Source: Octopus sinensis
Lineage: Eukaryota
Assembly: GCF_006345805.1 (NCBI RefSeq)
Contig: NC_043001.1
Span: 36,828,001 to 36,892,000, forward strand
Direction: 5' to 3'
Length of the DNA stretch: 64,000 nucleotides
Position 1 is the stretch's first letter. The number at the start of each line of letters is the position of its first letter. Shown here in pieces: positions 40,251 through 53,729 of this stretch. Below the pieces are notes generated by a model. That model saw only the letters and a list, made by a program, of their open reading frames with translations, did no database searches and was not told the origin of the DNA. The position numbers and the translations under genes are program-made.

Positions 40251-40767
40251 GCGACTATTTAATATGTTTAATCAAAAGCACCACCATCACCATCGCCCGG
40301 TGTTACTCTCCTATTATCCATTCAATATCGAAATAAATGACAACAATGAAATGACCAAAAAGAACTGATTTGTACAGCTGTGAAAGTAGTCTTCCATCGA
40401 AAACTCAGATGCCGTTTACACATCACTCAATTATGCTTTTAGCATTGCTTGTCTATCAACACCTTGACGTGTAAACATTAAGTACGTACAGGCGAGAAGT
40501 GTTCCTTAATACGTTCTAGTGAACCAGGTGTCAGTTTATTTAGCATCACTTCAGCTTCTGTTCTTGAGGAAGCCATCTGCACTTTAATGTCAGTGATATC
40601 GTCATTTAATCTACAGTGCGTACTGATGTTAGAGTAAACATTCTCACCCACACATCAAAACACCAATACACACACACATACATACACACAAACACACGAA
40701 CACATATAAGTATGAGTGTATGAGTGTGTGTATATAAACATCATATAATATAATATATATACATAAT

Positions 40768-40836
<69 letters not shown>

Positions 40837-41275
40837 GAGCAGTGTCTGTATGTGCGTGTGTTCGAAAACTTGCGGTGTACAGTTGGCCAAACAAACAGAT
40901 AACGTTACTTAGGGGTGTGCGACCCTTGTTAACACATGTATGCATTAGATTCTACATAATTTTTATATAAGAATCTATTGTGAACTTCTGCGTTTTGTAA
41001 GATTAAAATATAAATAAAGTAACAAAGTTTAGGAAGCTAGCTAGATAAATAGAAAAGTAGACGGATAGATAGATAGATAGACACACGCTTACTTACAGGT
41101 GTGTTTGTGTGTGCATGTGTGTGTGTGCGTTCGTGCGTGTGTGTGTTTGTGATTGTGTTTGTATATATCTGTTTCTTGGCCTCCCTCACATTCTGTATTT
41201 GTGTGTATATAGGTATGTAAATATGTATGTATGTATTTATGTATGTATATATATAAACGTGTTTATGTATTTAAT

Positions 41276-41329
<54 letters not shown>

Positions 41330-41593
41330 GTTTAAGCAGTTCGCTTCGCACCCATCAGGTCAGGCGTTCGATCTTACAGTGAAGGATATCTTTACAATCA
41401 AATAATAAAACTGGATTAGACGAAATCTGTTCATCTTAGTCAAATAATCTCAGAAGGATCCAACCTGAAATTATTGGTTAAGGGTAGAAATACCAATGTA
41501 AATACGGAAGCCCCTGCACTTCACTTCACGCTTCATATGTGTATATGTGTGTGTTTGTGTATATATATATATATATATATCTATATATATATA

Positions 41594-42321
41594 CGAAAGA
41601 AGGTTTGAAAATGCAATTTTAAAAGATGTTTATTTACTTTACCGGTTTCACTCTTTGGAAAAAGATTGTCAAAGGTAACATGTAGAAGTTTGGTTGCGTT
41701 AATTAGTGGTTGTTACAATTTGCTACATTACATATATACAGTCTTTGGTAACAAGGACATGTTAAGGACATAAAAAAGTTTAACAAGTTCCTTAAAATAT
41801 TGGGCACAAAAGATTACAACATAAATAATCATTCTCAAGAACATGTTAAAGATAGTTTCCAGAAGGAATTAGTTCAGTGGGATATTGATATTGGTATTGT
41901 ATCTGTATTTTCAAACACGCACAGAATATTGGTTGACACAGAGTACTACAATACATATATATACATTCTTTGGTGACAAGAGCATGTTGAGAACATAAAA
42001 AAAGTTTAGCAAATTCGTTGAAATGTTGGGCACAAAAGATTACAACAAATATATTATACATTCTCAAGATAATTTCCAGAAGGAATTATTAAAAAGTTCA
42101 GTGGAATATTGGTATACACGCACAGAATATTATGAGTTCAAAAAGGTTTACATTATAATAGTAGGGAAGCTAAAACGGACCTGTCCACCAGGTTAACGTA
42201 AACAACCAATAATTAACGCAACCAAACTTCTACATGTTACTTTTGACAATCTTTTTCCAAAAAGTGAAACCGGTAAAGCAAATAAACATCTTTTAAAATT
42301 GCATTTTCAAACCTTCTTTCG
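41594..42321. mobile_element. Fold-back element with 121-bp arms (41594-41714, 42201-42321) carrying a degenerate hammerhead; the 486-bp spacer contains a diverged direct repeat
   Basis: Arms are reverse complements flanked by TATA. The spacer has two related units (~41745-41930, ~41969-42131). Confidence 0.8.
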
Positions 42322-42363
42322 TATATAATTCCACTCGTGCGGTACCCTACAACTCCACTTTGT

Positions 42364-42476
<113 letters not shown>

Positions 42477-42499
42477 TATATATATATATATAAGCGAAC

Positions 42500-42995
42500 T
42501 TTAGGTTAGTTAAAGTATGTTTGTGGTATATTTCAATGCTAATGGCAAATTCACTGCAGTTCCAGGTTATGGTAAAAAAGGTGTAAAAAACAGCATATCT
42601 GTCCAGTGCTGCCACTTGTCGGATTCCTAGACACCGATGTTTCTAGCTTCTTAGTTGTTATCATTGGATATACCGAAGATGGGTAACTCCTGACAGCCCT
42701 GATCAAGTTGTGGCTTTAACTAAACTGCAGTCAACAACATTGATAGACTTGTGCCAGTAGGCTGCCAAGCTCATGAAAATTTCAGTAACATTAGCACCAA
42801 GCAGTGTTCAGGCATGAGCAAAATTTTGGTTAGTTAAAATATATTTGTGACATATTACATCTGACAAATTCACTGCAGTTACCATGGCGAAAAAAATTCT
42901 CTCATATGGTAAAATGGTGTAAAAATATTACCATATATATCCAGGGTTGGCATATGTCGGAATCCTAGATATCGATATTTCTAAATTCTTAAACT
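42500..42995. repeat. Diverged ~170-bp direct repeat (42500-42660, 42823-42995)
   Basis: Shared GGTTAGTTAAA..TTTGTG, CAAATTCACTGCAGTT, GGTAAAA.GGTGTAAAAA and TGTCGGA.TCCTAGA..CGAT.TTTCTA. Confidence 0.75.
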
Positions 42996-43162
42996 TTTAT
43001 CTTTCACCTTTTATGTGTTTCAGTCATCAGACTGCGGCCATGTTGGGGTACAGCCTATTAAGAATTTTTAGTCCAAGGACCCGACTCCAGTCATTATTAA
43101 TTTGATGGACATATAGCGGTACGTAAACCAACTCAAGAAATCTCTAGAGACTTTTTATTGAC

Positions 43163-43204
43163 GTACCCGAAGAGATCCAGAACGGGTCGAAACATGTGTT
43201 GTAC
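43163..43204 (+). ncRNA. Minimal hammerhead-like motif (variant core CCGAAGA)
   Basis: GTAC-CCGAAGA-GATCC(AGAAC)GGGTC-GAAAC-ATGT-GTT-GTAC: helix I 4 bp, helix II 5 bp. Confidence 0.55.
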
Positions 43205-43365
43205 CCAATAAAACCTATTGCTAATTCCATCTATTGTATTAATACCGTTACCCCAACCGCCGCTACGAAGTTCGTGCAATAAATCTACGGATAACAACAG
43301 GTAATCGAAACTGTGCCGGTGCTTTACTCATCATCTATTTATACATTTTGGTAATTTCTCCATTA

Positions 43366-43403
<38 letters not shown>

Positions 43404-43616
43404 TATATATAATATATATATATATGTTATATATATATATAATATATATCATAATAATATACATATATATACATACACATTATATATATACATATATATA
43501 CACATATATATACATATATATACATACACATTTATATATATACACACACATACACATATATATACATACATATACATATATACATAGACATTTATTTATA
43601 CTCACACACACACACG

Positions 43617-43650
<34 letters not shown>

Positions 43651-44167
43651 CACTCAAACATATAAGGGATGGCCATAATAGGACATCCGACTCACTAGAA
43701 AGAGCAGCCAAACTCCAAACCACTAATAGTTGTAATTCTGAAATGGAAAGAGAAATAAAAACGTTTACCCTCTCCTTTCTGGACTATGCATAGTTTCGGC
43801 AATCTTTTGTAAATAAATTAATTTAATTAATTTATTTACCACTGGCGTTGCCTCGTCAGCAGAAAAGCCAAGGACTAACATATATCCACGAGGCGATGAT
43901 AAACATGTCTCGAGTCTATATGCTATAAATTTTCAAAATCCACCACGCTCGCGCGGTTTTGACGAAGCAACGCCAGTGGTAAATAAATTAATTAAATTAA
44001 TTTATTTACAAAAGATTGCCGAAACTATGCATAGTCCAGAAAGGAGAGGGTAAACGTTTTTATTTCTCTTTCCATTTCAGAATTACAACTATTAGTGGTT
44101 AGGAGTTTGGCTGCTCTTTCTAGTGAGTCGGATGTCCTATTATGGCCATCCCTTATATGTTTGAATG
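43651..44167. mobile_element. Fold-back element with 208-bp near-perfect arms (43651-43858, 43960-44167) and a 101-bp spacer, flanked by TA
   Basis: Arms differ at only about three positions by eye. Each arm contains a hammerhead oriented outward. Confidence 0.9.
43768..43874 (-). ncRNA. Canonical type I hammerhead ribozyme
   Basis: Minus strand: TCCTT-GG-CTTTTCTG / CTGACGA / GGCAA..long AT hairpin..TTGCC / GAAAC-TATGCATA-GTC / CAGAAAGG-A-GAGGG. All conserved core positions are present. Predicted cleavage between 43782 and 43781. Confidence 0.85.
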
Positions 44168-44514
44168 TATATTATATAGTCTATTGACTATTTTTTCTTT
44201 CTCACTTGACCGCTGGTAGCGGAGAATTTTTCTAGAATTTTTTGCTACCCTGAAATTTATTAATATATATATATGTATATATAATAGAAATATAAAAGGG
44301 GCAAAAAATACTTGTGATTCAGTGTACGTAGCAAAATTATGAGTTGAAAATATGTGGAAAACATATAAAAAGTGAAAGAGAAATGCCTTCGTTTCACATA
44401 GTTTAATATTTTTTTATACAGAAATCTTTTAAAAATATATACATATTTTATGGATGTCGTGATATCAAACCGCTTTTCGCTACACACACACACATATATA
44501 TATTTATTTTAAAG

Positions 44515-44832
44515 ACTCCGCCAGTTACGACGACGAGGGTCCCAGCTGATACGATCAACGGAACAGCTTGCTCGTGAAATTAACGTGCAAATGGCTGAGC
44601 ATTCCACAGACACGTGTACCCTTAACGTAGTTCTCGGGGATAATCAGCGTGACACAGAGAGTGACAAGGCTGACCCTTTGAATACAAGTACAACTCATTT
44701 TTGCCAGCTGAGTGGACTGGAGCAACGTGAAATAAAGTGTCTTGCTCAAGGACACAACGCGTCGCCGGGAATCGAACTCACAACCTTACGATCATGAGCC
44801 GAATGCCCTAGCCACTAAGCCACGCGCCCTCA
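44515..44832 (-). mobile_element. tRNA-derived SINE (Ceph/OK-like family); 3' part also at ~60290-60410
   Basis: Minus-strand head GGCGCGTGGCTTAGTGGCTAGGG..GAGTTCGATTCCCGG, core GTGTCCTTGAGCAAGACACTTTATTTCACG, and tail TTAATTTCACGAGCAAGCTGTTCCGTTGATCG. Confidence 0.85.
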
Positions 44833-44844
44833 CCATATATATAC

Positions 44845-44937
<93 letters not shown>

Positions 44938-44943
44938 ATATAT

Positions 44944-45000
<57 letters not shown>

Positions 45001-45203
45001 ATATATATATATATCTATATATATATATATATATATATATATAGATATATATATACCCAAAAAAGCAACAAAGATATCAGTCTGCATTACCTCTGGATAT
45101 CCTCGTTGCTTATTTTGACTTTAATCACCTTACTTTGAAATTGTATGGATAACACCACACTAAGTTCTGGTGCCTCAACTTAAGTACCATATTCATCTGA
45201 ATC

Positions 45204-45247
<44 letters not shown>

Positions 45248-46369
45248 GGTTTCGACAATAAGTATTGAGTTGTTCGATATACTAACTTCCTAACTACTTG
45301 CTCAATGAATTGTCAAGTAGAATAGTCTCATAAAGTATGATGGGTTTGGATACTGAGTACAATTTTATCCCACGAATTTCCTCGCAGTTTCCGTCTACCG
45401 AATGCTCAGAGTGGTACGGTACATCTTCGACTGTAGTAAAAATTTACTTGCCAAAGATGCTCTTCTGTGAGATTGAACCTAGAATCCCTAACTGCAAAGA
45501 GTGAATCTTATAACAATATGTGTGATCCTCAATGTAATTGTAGACAAACACAAACACACGCATACACAAATACACACATACACACACACGCACTCACATG
45601 CACACACATGTATACACATACACATGTGCATACAAGCGTTGATACAGATTCATTTGTATGTGTACCTTTATATTTCTGTGTATGTCATGTGTGTGTGTAT
45701 CTGTGTGTGTGTGTGTGTGGTATGAGCCTAGCTTGTGTGTGTATATGAATATGTTTATGTCATATATACGTACTTAATTATGCGTGTGTTGTACATAATT
45801 ATATACATTTTTATAGTTTATGATTATATAAACACACACACACACACATATATATACACACAAAGAGTCGTCTCTCTTTCTATTTCCCCACTACGCCCAC
45901 CCACTTCCTACCTGTCATGTTTCTATACAACATCTGGATTACATCACTCTATTTAAATTACAACGCCCTAAGAACGATCACTTTCTTCAGAATAATCTAA
46001 GGACAATTTATAGGATATAAGAATGGAAACATTTTTTTCTTTATATTTATTCTCAATTCTTAATATTTGAATAGTAATTGCAGTAAATGACAACGGATGG
46101 GGCATTATAAAGAAGAGAGTGAGAGAGAGAGAGAGAGAGAGTAAGAGAGAAAGAGTAACAGAAAGAGATATATATAGAGAGAGAGAGACTCGTCACTGAC
46201 ACTCGCAGAAACAAACACAGGTGTTCTTAACATTATCTCATTCGGAATATTGTACATTGTGTTGATATTGCATACGCAATTCGCTCAAGTGTTTACAAGA
46301 ACACAGTTTGTTCTCTCTTGTTGATTCTCTCCCTTCCTACCTACCCCTTAATTATTAGATTTAATCTTA

Positions 46370-46850
46370 CCTTCTCTCTCCGTCGATTTCTTTCTGTATC
46401 TTGTCTACTTTGCACCACTATATCTGACATCGTGTTTACATCGTTTACGCATACAATTCAAAATTTAAAACGTTTATATTTCGAACCTCTTGATCTTGTG
46501 CATTGTTTTCGTGTCCATTCCGTCACCTTGGCTGTCCATCTGTTGACATTCAGGTGCGTGATGTGGCCAGCCCATCTATATTTGTTCTCTTTGATGGTTC
46601 TTATGATGGCGTTTGACTCTCGTCTGCTGTCGAATCTAGGCGTTATTTTCTTATCCCGTAATGTGTAGCCAAGCATAATTCGTTTCATTTTCCGTTGAGT
46701 TACAATAAGATCAAGAGGAAAAAATCAAACGGCCAACAACATCAAGAGGCCGACCAAAGACAAGATGGCGAGATGACCTCACCCGCTATCTGGGGTCTAC
46801 ATAACCACGGTTGGTCAGAGACAGACAGCGGGGACAACAAAAAATACATT
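46370..46850. mobile_element. Two divergently oriented RTE-type LINE C-terminal fragments
   Basis: Minus 46458-46688: MKRIMLGYTLRDK..KYRWAGHI..NRWTAKVTEW. Plus ~46745-46835: RGRPKTRWRDDL....*PRLVRDR. Confidence 0.65.
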
Positions 46851-47249
46851 CCCGATGGACATGTTTAGATATACCTCCTGGGGCCCCGACCTGGAGCTGG
46901 AGCATTGCCTAAGGGAAGCATACAGCCTGGTCAGGGAGGAGGATGATTGAGCTTTGTGTATAATATTTATATATATATACTATATGTAATTATTGAACTT
47001 TGTTGTTGTTTGTAATAGACTGTCAAGTCCAAAAATTGAAAAGTTGTAAAAGTTGTAAGAGATTTAATACCTCGTTTTGTGTTTGTTTTTAAAGAACAAT
47101 GTTTTAGAGAAGCAAAAGTCGGCGGGCGCTTTTTGTCTTCTCCCATCCTTATCATCTTTGCTTCGTCATCCTTCCTTTCATTAATGTCCTTGTCCAACCC
47201 GCAAAGCTACTAATCTATATACTGCCTTTATGGCAAATATAATGAAATA

Positions 47250-47570
47250 AAGTAGCTTGCTTACCAACCACATGGTTCCAGGTTCACTCCCACAGCGTGG
47301 CACCTTGGGCAAGTGTCTTCTACTATAGCCTTGGGCCAACCAAAGCCTTGTGAGTGGATTTGGTAGACGGAAACTGAAAGAAGCCCGTCGTATATATATA
47401 TATGTATGTATCTATGTTTGTGTATCTGTTTGTTCCCCCTCCCCAAAACATTGCTTGACAACCGATGAATAAGACCTGGAGTCGATTATTTGCTCGATTA
47501 AAGGTGGTGCTCCAGCACGGCCACAGTCAAATGACTGAAACAAGTAAGAGAATAAAAGAATAAAAGACTA
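47250..47570 (+). mobile_element. CORE-type SINE with internal deletion
   Basis: Head/core and AAATGACTGAAACAAGTAAGAG tail are present; the middle of the tail is missing. Confidence 0.85.
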
Positions 47571-47643
47571 TATATATATATATAGTTATATACATAAATA
47601 TGTATATATACATATGTATGCATACACACACACCATATATATG

Positions 47644-47683
<40 letters not shown>

Positions 47684-48310
47684 TATCTATATATGTGTAT
47701 AAATATATATGTCTGTGTGTGTGTGTGTGTAGATACATATATACCATACGTATTTTCAAACATACCTATAATGATTCTTTCATTTTGCTATCTCAGTAGT
47801 TGTACAAATGCTAACAAATTTCAAATTTCACAGATACATGCACACAGCATGTACAAAATGTTGTTGGTGTGTTGATGCGTATGCACATCCATAAAACATT
47901 CGACACCTCAGTGCATTCTCATACAGGGGGGATCCGAAAAGATCGTGTACAGTTATGAGTGTGTGGTGGTAAAAACTTTAATGGAGGTATACGTGGCATT
48001 ACATATTCGCATTTAGAATACTATCCCGATATCCACCATTTTACGGATTCACGCCTCTATGAAAGCCTTCAACGAACATTTACAAAAGAAACGAAAGTGG
48101 GGGATGGTGTGAAGCCTCTACATATATTACACACACACACACAGTCACATATGTGTATGTGTGTACATACATACACACACACATATATATATATATGTAT
48201 ATATATGTATATATTTGCAAACACATATGTATGTACAGAGTATAAAAGCATGCATTAACATTAGGATACAATAAGGGCGCGAATATGTTTGCTGTATATA
48301 TATATATATC

Positions 48311-48351
<41 letters not shown>

Positions 48352-48414
48352 ATATGTGTGTGTGTGTGAATATGTGTGTGTATATGTGTTTGTATATGTG
48401 TATATATCTATATA

Positions 48415-48462
<48 letters not shown>

Positions 48463-48954
48463 ATATAACATATAAGTAGATATGTACACGCATTTGTGCA
48501 TGAATATGTATATATGTACGTGTGCGTGTGTATGTATGCTTGCATGTGTATGTGTATGAATGTATGCATGTATGCATGATCAGTAACATGTACTTATTTA
48601 GTATATATAATTTCTCTAGTAGAATCAATATATCATAGTTTATATGTAGACATGTAGCCTACATACCATGTATACATATACACAATCATTCACACACACA
48701 CACATCCATGCACACGCACACACTCACACGCACATATAAATGCAAACACACGGACCGATAAACAAACATGCACACACAAACTCAAGCATACCTCCAAACA
48801 AATAAATACAAATTATTTGTTTAAAAATAAAATAGATAAATAAATTAAGCAACTACCAGACATCCAACTGTGAATGAATAACGTGACTGCTATATAATTA
48901 AATGGAAGCTCACCACAGATTTTTCTATTGATAACTGTGATAGCTATGCAGCTA

Positions 48955-49370
48955 ATTGTGGTGGCGGTAGGAGGTGGTGGCCATCATCATCATTATTATC
49001 ATAATCATCATCATCATCATGAAGTGATGGTGGCGGCGTTGGTGGTAGCATTGGTGGTGGTGGTGATGGTGGCGTTGTGTGGGTCAGCGTACTGGTGTTC
49101 ATACTTTGATAACGGTAGTCGTGGTGGTGCTTATACTTTGATAACAGAGGTGGTGGCGGCGGAGGCGGAGGCGGCGGCGGTAGTGGTGGTAATTTGTCTG
49201 TGGTGATGGAGGGGATGGTTAAGGCGATAGTGGTAGTGGTGGTGAGAGAGGTCACTGAGACGGTGGTGGCGGCGGTGGCGGTGGTGGCGGCGGTGGCGGC
49301 GGCGGCGGTGGCGGTGGTGGTGGTAGTGGTGGTGGTGGTGGTGGTAGCGACGGTGGCGACGGTTGAAGTA
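48955..49370. repeat. GC-rich (GGT/GGC/CAT)n compound trinucleotide tract
   Basis: Directly visible; gives poly-V/A/P/H ORFs. Confidence 0.9.
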
Positions 49371-49858
49371 GAACAGGTTCATTTTTTTTCATTATTTTCT
49401 TTAAATATATATGTTTGTTGCACGCTGTTATTCTTGTTGCTCGTCTTGTTCTTTTTCTTCCTTTTCTTCTTTCTCTATTCTTCTAATTCTTTAATATTAT
49501 TATTATCATTGCATTTAAAAAAAAAATATTTAAGCTTCATTTTTTCCCCTTAATATAATTTTCACCAAAAATATCACCAACCAGCCAGCCAGCCAGCCAG
49601 CCAGCCAGCTATCCAAATATTCAATAACAACAAGCCATGAAGAACCGTTTCAATGGAAACCCATTCATAGTTGTAAACGGTCGGGAGTTTGGCGTGACAG
49701 GTTCGTTTGGCATTGAATTATTGTATATTTTTCACATAAGTCTGTTATAAAATTCGAGAAGAAAATACGACGAGTAATGGAGAGGAAGAGAATAAAATGA
49801 AAATAAAATCTTATTGCGTGACATATATGCTTCGATATATGTATTGATGTGTTTGTTT

Positions 49859-50065
<207 letters not shown>

Positions 50066-51050
50066 GCACCAACGAAAAGTCGTCCCCTAGAGGACTTTTA
50101 GTTTAGCTCCGGTGTAAATGTTGAGCACTCGGCCTGAAATAGGATTGTAAATTTGAAAAAAATTCTAAAAATGAAAAGAAGAAAGCGATGACACGAGATG
50201 CAATCAATAATTCTTTATTTGCACAAATCAAATTTATCATGCAAAATTTCATCGAGTCAATACTTTTCCCGATCTAATTTGACTGTTGCGAAGTGAACTG
50301 GCGATATAAACGAGCTTTTTCTTCTTGGTGAATGGATACAATATGAAGAAAATAAAAATCGCTGTTATGTTCCATGGATTTCAGCCGGAGACGGGGGAAG
50401 AGTTTGATCAATAATAAAATTGCTACTCACAGATATGTGAGCCTAAACAAACGTGAAGATTGCTTTACTGCCGAAGCGTATGTTAAAGTCAAAGGAATTA
50501 CAAAATGTTTCTCATATTTTGTAATCCAATTTCTGAATTGGTTAAAAATAATTCTAATATTAAGATTGTTTGCTCTCATTTGATCGACTTTGATTGTTAT
50601 ACTTCCTACCTGGTGCTTTGCAGTTTGTAAGAACTAAAAGTAATTTATTGGGTGACTCAACAGCAACGAAACACAAATTTTACTCATATCAAGAAAACAG
50701 GATCACACAACAGACCCCTTAACTGTAAGCAACATTCAGATAGATTCTTCAAAATCATTCAACTTATTCGTTCTCACTACCACAACGAAACACTCACGCC
50801 GAAAGTGCATCAGCAAATCCCAATAACTGGACTTTCTTTTCGGGATCCTAGTTCATATTTAACAAAGCTCAGCTAAATTATACAATGAAGTTTTGCTCTA
50901 AGATGGACTGTGAGGGAGAAAGAGCAGTTAAAGCCGAACTCCAATGGGTTGAATTTTATTTTATTTTTATCTTAAAAACAACAGCCATTCAACACGTTGG
51001 AGTTCAGCTTTAAATTCTTTTTCTCTTTGTCTTAATATATATATATATAC

Positions 51051-51085
<35 letters not shown>

Positions 51086-51368
51086 GAATATATATATATG
51101 GGTGTGTGTGATTGTGTATAGAAATATATTAATAAAAAGAATTCCAACCTTGTCTGATTTTCACGTTTTATTTACAATCTTAAATGATATATTATAAGAT
51201 AATATATTATAAAAAAATAAAATAAAATGAAATAGTAGAATGTTAAATATTCATTCTGATTGAACTAGTACTTTCATGCATTGAATTCTGCAATCTTCGG
51301 GTTCATGTAGTAGTGTTGACAGTCATGCTTCACAATTTTTGACTGTAGCAAGATGATTGATTCTGTGC

Positions 51369-51482
51369 TATAAATACAGCTGGGTAGGCCCCAGAGTGCT
51401 AGGTTTTGCAAACTGTATTCTGACCAATCAGTTTGTAGTATCACTCAATTACTTAAGCTGATTGGTTGGTTGAGCTGATTGG
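51369..51482. promoter_or_regulatory. Promoter-like cluster: TATAAATA plus three CCAATCAG boxes
   Basis: TATAAATA at 51369-76, CCAATCAG at 51424-31 (+), CTGATTGG at 51458-65 and 51475-82 (CCAATCAG on minus). No transcript evidence. Confidence 0.3.
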
Positions 51483-51805
51483 TTTAGGCATCACGCTTTG
51501 TTGGACATGTCAAGAGTCCTGTATCTTGACCCTGGCCGAAGCAGCAATTGTTGGGTTATTTTTAGAAATGTTGTAAATATCCTTTGTCAGAGATTTTTAT
51601 ATTTTTATATTTCAATTGTCATCATCATCATTGTCAGCACCTTAATTATTGTTGCTAGTGGTGATGGTGGTGGCAATAGAACTTTTAACCCTAAATAAGA
51701 TAATTTTCCTGCTATCTTCGTCTTGATCACCTTTAGTATTGTTGTTGTTGTTAGTGGTCATGGTCGTAGCAGTGGAAGTAATACCTCTAAGTATTATTAT
51801 TATTA

Positions 51806-53486
51806 TTATTGCTTATTTAGCTTGGGTTCGAATTTATCAATAAAATTCTTTTCTCTGATTTTCCTCTCGATTTCACTTGGGCTTGTGTAATTTGTAGAAT
51901 GGAAATATTATATATATTTTCCGACCACATGTTGCTAGGTGGTTACTCAAAGTATCTGACGGACCTCTGGGTCTCTAATCTGTTGCCGGTGTACACGTGA
52001 GCGTTCTAATAGTGCGTTTCCCGTCTGACCTACATATATTTCTTCACAATTGGGCATTTGATGCAGTAATTAAATTTCTGCTTTTGCAGTTCATATTCGC
52101 GTTTGTGAATATTTTCCCGGTTTTTGTGTTTATATATTGACCGGTATGTATGAATTGGCATGTGCCACATCGGCTATCATTGCATTTAGATACCGTGAAT
52201 GTTTGGTCTTTGTTGCTGAGGTCAAATTTTGCCTTTGTTAGTAATGTTTTCAAGTTTTTAGGCTGTCTTTTACTAAGCACCATAGCTCGATCCGTGATTA
52301 TGTCTTTTAATTCATTACTTTGGGCAATGATTGGTAGGTTTGCTTTGGCAATGTTGAAGATATTCTGGTGACATGGGTTGTGTGTCACTATGAATGGTAT
52401 GACTTGTTCTTGTTTTCCTCTTCCTTGGGTTGTCCTAAGTTGTTGTATAGGTATTTTTATAGCCCGCTGTATGCCATTTTCTATAAGTAGAGATGGGTAT
52501 TTTTGTTTGAGCAAAAATTCTCTTAGTTCTATTAGGCGTTTGTTCCTGATATTTGCATCTTCTACAATAGTACAAATTCTTCTGGCTAGGCAGTATGGGA
52601 TGTTACGTTTTGTATGTGGTGGATGGCACGACTTAAAATTAGGTATTGATGTGTGTCTGTGTGTTTATAGTATATATCTGTGGTGATGGTGGTGTCTTTT
52701 TTAATTACCATTATATCCAGGAATGGTAATTTGGTACTACTCATCTCCTTTGTAAATTGGAGAGATGGGTGTAGGTTGTTCAGGAGGATATTGAACTCTT
52801 CCAGAGGTATTTAGAGATTCTGTCCAGATTATGAAACAGTCGTCTAGGTATCTCTTCCATGCCTTTTCAATATACTTTCTAAACCCAGTGCCATAGTTTA
52901 CCTCCACCTCTTGGTAGAGTTGTTCTTCTAAGTATCCCATTACAGAGTTGGCGTAAACGGGAGCAAACCTCGTTCCCATCGCCGTGCCTCTAATTTGGAT
53001 GTAATTCTTTCCATTGAAGAAGAATGTGTTATTTTCTAGAATAAGCTTGACTGTGTCTAATATAAATGGCACTGTGAATCTGCTGGGAATCACTTCTCTA
53101 TGTTTTTCTAACCAGTATTTAATCGCCTTTATTCCTAAATCGTGTGGAATATTGGTGTAGAGGCTTACCACATCAAAACTTAGTAAAACTGAATTTGTTT
53201 CTGTTGTTTTGGGAAGATGGGACAGGAGTCGATGTCATCCCTGATGAAACTTGGTATGTAAGTACATAGTGGTTTCAAAACAATGTCAATAAAATTGCTT
53301 AGACGGTGTGTAGGGCATGCTGGACCAGCTATAATAGGTCTAAGTTTTAGGTCTTTTGGATGTAAAATTTTATGTACTCACTTTCTTGTTCTTTTACTGC
53401 CTGTTGAATGTTTTTTGATTTGTGTATTTTTGGTAACCGTAGAAGTTGCTGGGTTTTGGTTCAAAATTGGTGATGTAGTCTTTTTC
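51806..53486 (-). mobile_element. 5'-truncated Penelope-like element ORF remnant: RT plus GIY-YIG endonuclease
   Basis: Minus frames give NFYG.PKIHK, LRPIIAGPACPT, FDVVSLYTNIPH, GTAMGTRFAP, WKRYLDD, CNDSRCGTC linker, YCIKC.NCEEIYVGQTG (GIY-YIG) and IDKFEPKLNKQ*. Several frameshifts. Confidence 0.92.
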
Positions 53487-53495
53487 ATATATATA

Positions 53496-53537
<42 letters not shown>

Positions 53538-53539
53538 GT

Positions 53540-53729
53540 GACTGCGTGTGTACCGTTGGCGATTTTTTTCCTCTGTCTTCCCTTCTCTGGATCTTTCCTT
53601 CTCCTATGTTTCCGACGAAGAGCTCTGCTCGAAACGTTAACCCTCCTTCTTCCCTTCCTTCCTGAGCGTCCAATAATACTATATTTGTTCCACGTCCTCG
53701 CGTTATTGTGTTTTCATGTTTAGATTAAC

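Noticed and set aside
40490-40600. Minus-strand DDI..MASSRTEAEVMLNKL resembling an RTE RT motif
   Set aside because: Too short and degenerate to call confidently.
45240-45340. Minus-strand GACAAT/ATTGTC stem followed by GAAAC
   Set aside because: The core box and cleavage triplet are absent.
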